The notes below the pieces were generated by a model that was not told where the DNA came from, did no database searches, and saw only the letters and a program-made list of their open reading frames with translations. A DNA stretch of 64,000 nt from the NCBI GenBank assembly GCA_963805975.1, contig CAWDVR010000004.1, positions 528,977 through 592,976 on the forward strand, given 5' to 3'. Of this stretch, positions 39,781 through 47,347 are shown piece by piece (position 1 is the stretch's first letter; the number at the start of each line of letters is the position of its first letter). The position numbers were made by a program, and so were the translations under genes. The DNA is from an uncultured Acidobacteriota bacterium. GTDB lineage: Bacteria > Acidobacteriota > Thermoanaerobaculia > Multivoradales > SZUA-115.

Positions 39781-40498
39781 AGCCCGCCTGCCGGAGGTCC
39801 GAGCGCCTCCAGCGACCCACCTAGAAACACTCTCTACGCCGCCCGGGCCTCCAGGAAACAGGAGAGCCCGGCGGCTTCCCCCAGCTCTCCGAAACACGAC
39901 CTGTCGGACCACTGGAGGCCACCTGAGGACGCGCTGCCGGAGGGAGGGGACTCGCGAGGCCCGCCCCAAGCTGCGGCTGGAGTGGCCGTCCCTCGCAGAC
40001 TCGGGTACGCGCCAGGCGCTCCGCACGCCCCACGCCGGCGGCCCCCCTCACCTCGGCCCTGCCGCCGTCCTGGGGCGTGCTGTGGGTCGCTGTCCGGGAA
40101 TGGCCATTCCCGGACCTGTCGCTCGGCCAGCCTAGCCTTGGCCCTCGCTGTGCGAGGGCTTGGACATAACGCGTGGCGCTATGTCAACTTGGGCGGGGTG
40201 TCAGGGCCTGCGGCCGGCCCCGGCTTCGGCATCTCGCCGGACACTCTATGTCAGTGTTTGTTCGCGGATTCTGAGTCAGGATCAGCAGAGTCGCTCTAAG
40301 CTCAAAGGATCTATTTACGCCGGCTTGATCGAGTGGCCTATCGGGCCTAGATTGACGGCATACGCTTAGCATGCGGTCTGGCGGACGACAGAAGGCTAGT
40401 TAGCGGACTAGCCCGACAGGGCGATCCTGACTCGCGGCGGGGCGAAGATGTCAGGGGGCGAGAACTATCCTCGCCCGAACTCGGTCCGTGTCGCAGTC

Positions 40499-40569
40499 AC
40501 CCAACGGGTTAGCATCAGTAGCGGAACGCGCGTTCTGCGGTTCTGTCTGCTGCAGGCCCCGAGTTGGCC
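40499..40569 (-). other. attC-like integron cassette recombination site
   Basis: Minus strand GGCCAAC-TCGGGGCCTGCAGCAGAC...GCTACTGATGCTAACCC-GTTGGGT, 35 bp after the stop of 40604-40795. Confidence 0.55.
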
Positions 40570-40603
40570 GACCTTTGCGATTCGAGACGATCGAACGATT
40601 CCC

Positions 40604-40795
40604 CTACCGGTCCTTGTTGCCCTTGCGGTACTTGTCGCCAGCCGCCTTATCTGCCCCATCCTTACTGACGCCTTTTCCAGAGTAGGTTGCGCCCCCTTTG
40701 TGGATCGTAGTCTTGTGAGCTTCGCCGATTCCCGTCCCGAGGAACGACGCGCTCATACGGCTGACCTTGTCCGGGCGACTACCCTTTTTGCTCAT
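40604..40795 (-). CDS. Small basic hypothetical protein (63 aa), cassette-like
   Basis: AAGGAGG RBS before ATG; followed by an attC-like site. Confidence 0.6.
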   Translation of the reverse strand: MSKKGSRPDKVSRMSASFLGTGIGEAHKTTIHKGGATYSGKGVSKDGADKAAGDKYRKGNKDR

Positions 40796-40882
40796 GGAAT
40801 CCTCCTTTGATCACCGGCCGAGGGTATCACCCTCTCTGAGGCTGTGGCTTGCTGGCCACCGCTTTCTTAGACCGCTCACTTC

Positions 40883-41437
40883 TCATCGCAGTATGGCAAT
40901 TCGGGCTACAGACGCGACCAAGCTGCCGGCGCCAACCGCGATGGGTACCCACCGCTCAAGAACGGCACGCACTGAAAGAACTCGGAAGTGCTGATCGATC
41001 TCGGCACGAAAGAGCCGTGTGAACTCAGCGCGCTTCCCGCCCAGCCAGACCTCGAACTCTTCAGGATTCTCGTCTGGTTCCGGCGCGAGATTCGTGTACT
41101 GAGCGGCTAGCCTTGCGGCGGAACTTGAAAAGACACGCTCGCGGTCCATGGCCCAAGCCTTTAGATCGGCCGTGCTGTAGATCCAGAATGCCGTCAGTAA
41201 GTAGATCTGCACCGCGCAGAGAACTCCAAGCAGTCTGCCGGTATCACCGGCCGAGAGTTCGACGCCCAATGCATCGATCCTGGAGGGGATCACCCCTCCA
41301 ACCGCGACCACGAGTTGCGTAACGCTGACGGTTAGCAATGCCCGCCTCTCTTTGCGCGACTCCTCTGACAGAGGATCTACGAGGGCCCTCGCCTCAGTGA
41401 TTTCGGCCCGTTCTTCCTTTTCCCAGATCTTCGGCAT
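40883..41437 (-). CDS. Hypothetical membrane protein (about 3 TM), cassette-like
   Basis: Hydrophobic segments; ATG with AGGA RBS directly after GTTGGCC. Confidence 0.65.
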   Translation of the reverse strand: MPKIWEKEERAEITEARALVDPLSEESRKERRALLTVSVTQLVVAVGGVIPSRIDALGVELSAGDTGRLLGVLCAVQIYLLTAFWIYSTADLKAWAMDRERVFSSSAARLAAQYTNLAPEPDENPEEFEVWLGGKRAEFTRLFRAEIDQHFRVLSVRAVLERWVPIAVGAGSLVASVARIAILR

Positions 41438-41452
41438 CGGTTCCTCATTGCC

Positions 41453-41514
41453 GGCCAACGGCTACCCGTCTGATCGCGTGGCGTCAGCCGCTCGCTCCAG
41501 CCGGTTGATTGGGC
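41453..41514 (-). other. Degenerate attC-like site
   Basis: Minus strand GCCCAAT-CAACCGGCTGGAGCG...CGATCAGACGGGTAGCC-GTTGGCC, overlapping the upstream gene end. Confidence 0.45.
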
Positions 41515-42323
41515 ATCTTTAGGGCGCCCTTCTCTTCAGGCCAAGCTCGCTCAAACCAAGAATAGTGAGCTCCGTCCGGATCCTCGAAGTCTTCGCACGC
41601 CACCCAGATCTCCGCCTCGGGCCTCCTCGCTAGGCTCGCGACCAAGGCTCTCCACCAGGCTTCCCCGGCGTGTGCAACGGAGCCTTGCGGATCAAGCAGC
41701 ACGACTTGGCGATCGTTGCTGTACGCCGCAAACTTTTTCATGGCCGAGGCAAGGAGTCTCTCGAGCTCAGCTGTGAGCTCCGCGGGAATCGGCCTCGGCG
41801 CCTGCCACATCTCCAGCGGCAGCAGGAATCTCACGCTGGTCTCGTGGGCGTACTCATCAAGATCTGATTCGCGAAGGTGCCGCAGACTCCAGTTCGGCTG
41901 GCCCCTCTTCTCGATCCCCTGGCCAGCCTCCAGAACCGACCAGTGCTCTGCAACGATTCGTGCCATCTGCCCCACCGTCTCCTCAATCTCCGCTCTCCGA
42001 GTAGGCCGATCGCCGGATATTGCGAGCTCATAAGGGCCATCGAGCACGGCAGTTGGGAGAGCTGCACGAAGGGCACCAATCAGGGCATGATCTGACGAAT
42101 GTCGGACTACGTACTCGGCCGGCCACACAAGGCACTTCCGCTCGATAACCATCCGACCCCTGCATCGGTCGCAGTACAGTGCTTCAGGCTGGGGCGTATC
42201 CCGGATCCGTATGTCGAGACAAGTGACGTGCTCATACGCAGAGCCCTCGACATCGTTAAGCTGTTCGACTAAGGGCTGAACGCGCCAGAACTCGCAACCG
42301 CCACTCTCGGGTAAACAGCTCAT
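41484..42323 (-). CDS. Hypothetical protein, possible PD-(D/E)xK nuclease fold
   Basis: PQPEALY...MVIERK pattern; 279 aa. Confidence 0.55.
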   Translation of the reverse strand: MSCLPESGGCEFWRVQPLVEQLNDVEGSAYEHVTCLDIRIRDTPQPEALYCDRCRGRMVIERKCLVWPAEYVVRHSSDHALIGALRAALPTAVLDGPYELAISGDRPTRRAEIEETVGQMARIVAEHWSVLEAGQGIEKRGQPNWSLRHLRESDLDEYAHETSVRFLLPLEMWQAPRPIPAELTAELERLLASAMKKFAAYSNDRQVVLLDPQGSVAHAGEAWWRALVASLARRPEAEIWVACEDFEDPDGAHYSWFERAWPEEKGALKMPNQPAGASG

Positions 42324-42880
42324 TAGTCCCCCACGCACGTCGCGCCCAAATCAGTGCTCTGCATTGGACGGTCCAGGCCTCCAGGATCCTTGAGATCCTC
42401 ACTTGTTCGTCGAGGTCCTAGAGGGGTTAGGGCTATGTCCATGCGAATCGATTTCGGATGCCAGTACTTAGCAGCATTCTACGCCTACTTGAATAAGAGT
42501 CAACGAGGCCGAGAGCCCTGGCTTGGTGCCTCGCCCCAAGACCCCGCCTGAGCTCGCTATCGCTCGGCTCTTCCGGCTGCATGAAGAGCGACTGAAATAC
42601 GGTTCACATTTGAACCTTGGTCTCTCTGTCTCACCTCTGGTACCTCTTTGCCCCATGCGCGGAGCCTGGATACCCAACCTCTCGGAGCTTGTCCGTTCAG
42701 CCCTCTTGGAGCGTCCCTCTCAGCGACCGCGGGGGGCCGAGGACGAATCTCGCCCCCTACAGCAAGCTCCTGCGTCCAGCCTCCTCGCCGTCGGTCGGTC
42801 GCTGCGAGTCAACTTCTTGCCGCCGCCTGGGCTCCGAAGAGGAGCCACCGGCAGCAAAGCATTGCCTTGGAGGGTAAGCG

Positions 42881-43156
42881 ACGGATTTCTCCTCTGGCTC
42901 GGGCTCACCGTTCCTGACGACGAAGCAAGCCGCCGCGTACCTGCGCCTGGAGCCCAGCACGCTCGAGAGCTGGCGTTCCGTCGGAGGCGGCCCTGTGTTC
43001 CACAAGCTCGGCGGGCGCATCTACTACACCCGCGCCGACCTCTAGGCTTGGATTGAGTCCCGGCGTTGCCGATCGACTGCCGAGCACTGGGCGAGAAGGT
43101 CAAGGGATCGTCCTACCGAGCGCTCCGGCTTCCTCGGTCGAACCTCGAAACCGTAA
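42881..43156 (+). pseudogene. Excisionase-like HTH (HTH_17/AlpA-like) pseudogene
   Basis: FLTTKQAAAYLRLEPSTLESWRSVGGGPVFHKLGGRIYYTRADL*AWIESRR; in-frame TAG at 43043; ACG instead of ATG after GGAGG. Confidence 0.8.
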
Positions 43157-43208
43157 CGGTCGGGTGCTGCCGGCCGGTGCCGCTCCGAAGGACTCGGAGG
43201 AGTCGGCC

Positions 43209-46200
43209 TCACCGCCGCAGGCGTACGCGGGCCTCCTCGCCTTCTGCCAGCACGTCTCGAATCCAGTGACCTGCCCGCTGCGCGATGCTGCGCCCGAGAG
43301 ACAAGCTCCAGGTCACGGCGATGTCGAAGGCACGGGGAGCAGCTTCCGCCGAAGCGCGAGCCAGGTTGCCCAAGTGGGAGGCTGCCGCATCGGGTGGCAA
43401 TCCACGACTGGAGGCGACCTCGACCCAGGCCGCTCGCCAGGCCAGCTCTGAGACGTCCCGTGGCGGCCGGCCGGGCTCGGGAAGCTCTGCGAAGGCACGC
43501 TGTTGGCCGTCGAGGTGCCGGAGCCAGGTCACGGCCTCGGCCGAGTTGGCGAAGAGCCTGACGGCCTCCTCTGGCCGCAGAGCCTCGCCTCCGGCGAGCC
43601 GCTTCGCCCGTTCCAGGATCTCGGGGGTCAACCGCGCCAGCGCGTCGAGGCCGGCGCGCGGGTCCTCGGTCGGCCTGGCCATGGGCAGTGTGATTCGGTG
43701 AGCGGGGATCTCGATCAGGAGAGCCGCATTCAGCCGGCGCAGGGCCTCGGGGGAGAGGTCCCCGGCAGCAACCCGCGAGGTGATCTCCGCCAACCGCTCG
43801 CGGGCCGTGGCCGATTGGATGGCGAGGGCCTCTTCCACGGCTGCCCGCTCCGAAGACTCGACCCGCCACCAGCCGTAGCCGCGAAGCGCCTCGGCAGGCT
43901 CCTGGCGCGTGAGCTCACGGAGCTTCTGCTCCGCACTCGCCGGCCGGGCCTCTCGCGCTTCCGCGCGCTCCAGTAGGAGCTGGGCGACGGTTCGCTCCTG
44001 CAACGACTCCACGGCTTCCGGCCAGCGCTGGGCAAGCCCTCCTTCTGCGCGCAGCCTCGTCCAGTGCGCCTCCAGCTCGCCGAGGTGGGCGCGACACTCG
44101 GCGACGGAAGTCGAGGCGCCTGCCGGCGCCTGGGGCGAAAGCCCAAGCTGGATCAAGAGCCGCGCTTCCCGCCGAATCAATCGCTCGTAAGCGTTCCAGG
44201 TCTCGTCGGGCCGCTCGCGTTCCAGGAGTGCCCAGCCGAAGCGCTCTCGATGGAGGGAGAGCTGTACCAAGGCCAGCCGCGAGTACGCATGCTCGGCCTG
44301 CTCCATCTCTCCCCGAGCGAGACTGTAGGTGTGAGCGAGCGCCTGATAGGCGGAGATCCTCTCCAGTGACGGGGCCGCTTCGATGCTCGCCGCGGCCGTC
44401 TCCACCCGCTGCCAAGCCGAAAACATCTTCCCGCGCGCATCCTCGAAGGCTTGCCGAGCCTCGCGAAGCCTGCCGGCAAGCTCGCCCTCGACTACCAGCA
44501 ACCGGTCTCCAGCCTCCCGCGATCCTCCTGGCTCCCGGGCCAGTGCTTCGGCGATCACCTCCCGATTGACCCTCTGGGCTCGTGCGAGAAAGTCGTCCAC
44601 GGGCTCGTAGGTCCCAGCGGCGCCTGGGTCGTGAGGAGACCGCCGCTCTGGAAGTGACAAACGAGCTTCGATGCCGCCCAGACGGCCCGGAGATGGAAAG
44701 TCAACGCGGGAGTAGTGGAGCGGGATCTCCGCGCGAGCGAGAGGCGCTTCGAGGCGTGGAGTGTCCAAACGTCGTAGCCGCTCGTGTAGATCCTCGCGGC
44801 GTTCGCTGCGCAGCCCGTCGAGCCAGGGCCGCGACGCCGAGAACGGCTCCTCCCGTACCTCGGCAAGCCTCACTCGGACCCGCTCGCCAGCCGCTTCGAA
44901 CGAGGTTCCGGGGAGTCGGATGGCATCTCGGAATATGCCCCGCGGCTCTGCGATGCCGAAGCGGTCCGCGAGGCCCTGGCGCAACGCCTGCTCCTCGTCC
45001 TGCGAGAGGGCCTGATGGCTTCGTAGCCACAGGTCATAGCGCTCGCCCGCACGAACCAGGACGGCCGGCTCGAAGCCATGATGGCGCAGAGTGACCACCT
45101 GCTCGGCGGTCAAGTCGCGAAAGGCCACCCTGCGGGACCGGTCCTCGCCGATCCGCCGCGCCAGAATCGCAGCCGCTCCCGAGCGCTCTGCCCGGCGGGC
45201 CTCGGTGAGCGCCTGTTGGAGGGTCAGGCTGCCCCGCGATGGGTCGAGCAAGCGAGCCTCGACCCGCTGCAAACCCTCTGCGGCCTCCTTGGGGCTCAAG
45301 GGCAGCACGATGTAGCTTCCTCCCGGCATGGAGCGGTCCGTGCGAAGCCAGTCGAGCGAGACGAGCTGCCGGGCCGGCAGCTCCGGCCGTTGGTTGAGCT
45401 GCCGCAGATCCTCGGCGCCGTCCGGCTCGTGTTGCAGAGCCTTGCGAAGCCTCCGAGGGCGGGAGCCCTGCTCGGGTGAGCCTTGGGAGGGAGCACTACC
45501 TGCCAGACGAAGCACCTGCTCCCGGTCGCGACCGGGATCGTAGGCGAGCTGGAAGGTGGAGACGAGCTTGCCTGCGCGGAAGGCTCGACCGAGCTGCGAC
45601 CCCTTGAAGGCTATGCCATCGCGCGAGAAGGAGATCCCTCTTAGCTCACCATCCTTGTCCAAGAGTACGTGCGTCGAAAACCCTCGGGCTCGTAACGTCG
45701 CCAGAAACTCAGCAAGGGTCCGTGCGTCCCTCGCCACCTGGGCCACTTCCACCTGAAACACGGCCCGCATCGACTCCTCACCCTGCGCGGCGCGCTTCAT
45801 CTCGCCTTGGCTGGGACTCTTGAGGAACGCCGCCTCGGGCGGTTCGACTCGCACGAGGTTCCATCGGTTCTCGATCTCGCGGGCGATCCGTACACAGCGC
45901 AGCTTGTCGAAAGCCTCGGAGATTGGCTGGCCCTCCCAGGTCGTCGGTGTGGTCACGAGGTGCACGTGGTCGTTGTCGGTGTCCTTGTGGAGGAAGGCCA
46001 CGTAGGGCGCTTCGCCGTAGCCCATCCTTTGGAGGAAGAAACGCACCGCCTCTCGCATCTCGTCGTCCGGCCGATGCTCGCCGGTCGCGTACGAGAGGAC
46101 GAAATGCTTCACGAACTGCTTCTTCCTGGACCGATAGGTACTGTTGACATCCGTGATCCAGCTCGCCCACTCGCTGGGGGTGGAGCCTGGGATGTTGGCG

Positions 46201-46292
46201 TCCAAGAGAAAGGCGTTGGGTCGTGCCGTGCGCCCAAGGTAGTCGATCAGCCGCCGAGGCTGCGAGCCCACCTTGCACAGCTTCACGATCAC
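43209..46292 (-). CDS. MOBP-type relaxase with probable RepB-primase-like central domain and long helical tail
   Basis: N-terminal LIDYL, HFVLSY, HKDTDNDHVHLV (HUH), FKGSQLGRAF; DLTAEQV...GFEPAVLV...YDLWLR. Confidence 0.87.
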   Translation of the reverse strand: MIVKLCKVGSQPRRLIDYLGRTARPNAFLLDANIPGSTPSEWASWITDVNSTYRSRKKQFVKHFVLSYATGEHRPDDEMREAVRFFLQRMGYGEAPYVAFLHKDTDNDHVHLVTTPTTWEGQPISEAFDKLRCVRIAREIENRWNLVRVEPPEAAFLKSPSQGEMKRAAQGEESMRAVFQVEVAQVARDARTLAEFLATLRARGFSTHVLLDKDGELRGISFSRDGIAFKGSQLGRAFRAGKLVSTFQLAYDPGRDREQVLRLAGSAPSQGSPEQGSRPRRLRKALQHEPDGAEDLRQLNQRPELPARQLVSLDWLRTDRSMPGGSYIVLPLSPKEAAEGLQRVEARLLDPSRGSLTLQQALTEARRAERSGAAAILARRIGEDRSRRVAFRDLTAEQVVTLRHHGFEPAVLVRAGERYDLWLRSHQALSQDEEQALRQGLADRFGIAEPRGIFRDAIRLPGTSFEAAGERVRVRLAEVREEPFSASRPWLDGLRSERREDLHERLRRLDTPRLEAPLARAEIPLHYSRVDFPSPGRLGGIEARLSLPERRSPHDPGAAGTYEPVDDFLARAQRVNREVIAEALAREPGGSREAGDRLLVVEGELAGRLREARQAFEDARGKMFSAWQRVETAAASIEAAPSLERISAYQALAHTYSLARGEMEQAEHAYSRLALVQLSLHRERFGWALLERERPDETWNAYERLIRREARLLIQLGLSPQAPAGASTSVAECRAHLGELEAHWTRLRAEGGLAQRWPEAVESLQERTVAQLLLERAEAREARPASAEQKLRELTRQEPAEALRGYGWWRVESSERAAVEEALAIQSATARERLAEITSRVAAGDLSPEALRRLNAALLIEIPAHRITLPMARPTEDPRAGLDALARLTPEILERAKRLAGGEALRPEEAVRLFANSAEAVTWLRHLDGQQRAFAELPEPGRPPRDVSELAWRAAWVEVASSRGLPPDAAASHLGNLARASAEAAPRAFDIAVTWSLSLGRSIAQRAGHWIRDVLAEGEEARVRLRR

Positions 46293-46690
46293 GGCGACTC
46301 TCCAGCCGCCCTCTCGCCACCCAGCACGGCGAAGATTGTCTCCAGGAGCAGCCGAAGCCTCTCGAGGGTCGGAGCCAGGGCCTCCGGCGCCCGATGGGTG
46401 TAGGTGAGGACGAGAAGTTGGTTGAGATTGTTGCCCAGCCGGTTGAGCTCCCCGATCAGGCGCAGGTCGACCGCGGAGCGTGCGGGGCGCACTCGGTGTC
46501 GCAGTCCTAGCTCTCGGAGGTAGGAGGAGACCGCCAACCCTGCCGCAGTAGCCGACTCCTCAAGCGTAGCGAGCTCCGTGGGTGAGAGCCGAACTCGACA
46601 ACCGAGGTTGCGCCGCTCAGGCTCGGGCAACTGGGGCCGGCCTCGCTGGCGAGGTCGGACACCCGATCCTTGGCGCAGTGTGTCGCTCAA
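46289..46690 (-). CDS. mobC: Mobilisation accessory protein (ribbon-helix-helix)
   Basis: VRLSPTE...GLAVSSYLRE; ELNRLGNNLNQL; overlaps the relaxase start. Confidence 0.88.
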   Translation of the reverse strand: MSDTLRQGSGVRPRQRGRPQLPEPERRNLGCRVRLSPTELATLEESATAAGLAVSSYLRELGLRHRVRPARSAVDLRLIGELNRLGNNLNQLLVLTYTHRAPEALAPTLERLRLLLETIFAVLGGERAAGESP

Positions 46691-46974
46691 CTCGTCGCCA
46701 CTCCGGGACCGGGGCAGGAGCGCTCCTCACTTTGCGGCTGGTCAAATTTACGGCCGTAAACGCGGCCCGATAGTCGAGGGGTCCAGCCTGAAAAATTTTG
46801 GCCCCAAAATTCGCACAAGTACCTCAGCGAGAGCTGTTCGGTTAGGACTCGCCGGCGTGAAGTTGAAATCGGTCCGCTTCCGTTTACGGTTCGTAAATCT
46901 GCGCCATCGTCTCGGCGAGCGCGGTGGGTCAGAACTCGCCGCAGAAGCCTCTTCCCGAGCGGAGCGAGCGCTTC

Positions 46975-47057
46975 CGGGGGTCCAGGGGCTCGCCCCTGGC
47001 AAGCGGCCCGTGAGCTTGCGAGCGGGGGTTTTTCGTGCAACGAAAAAACAGCTTGCT
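46975..47057. other. Putative oriT
   Basis: CCAGGGG-ctcg-CCCCTGG hairpin and TTTTTCGT-gca-ACGAAAAA inverted repeat followed by CAGCTTGC (nic-like), upstream of mobC. Confidence 0.55.
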
Positions 47058-47347
47058 CGTCTGCTCCGGATGCGCTCACGAAGGCAGGCTACGGTGGCTT
47101 CGACAAACCGCGCAACTGTCGGACCGAGGAAGAAAGAAGAGGTTGTATCGAGCTCCTGGAAACCTGATGAATTTCACTCCGTCGAGGAAGCGGCAGGCAC
47201 CTCGCTCCAAGGATGCTTACGGGCGCTGAAGACCAATTGAGAGGAGACGGTGGCCCCCAGGCCCGACCCTTGGTGTGTAACTAATGGGCAGCAATGCAGC
47301 ACGCACGTGGAGGTGGGTTGGTTTGGATTTGCTAGCATGCGGCAATC

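Noticed and set aside
40310-40321. 12-mer TCTATTTACGCC shared with the mutM intergenic region (17199-17210)
   Set aside because: A single 12-bp match in 64 kb can arise by chance; not enough to claim a shared regulator
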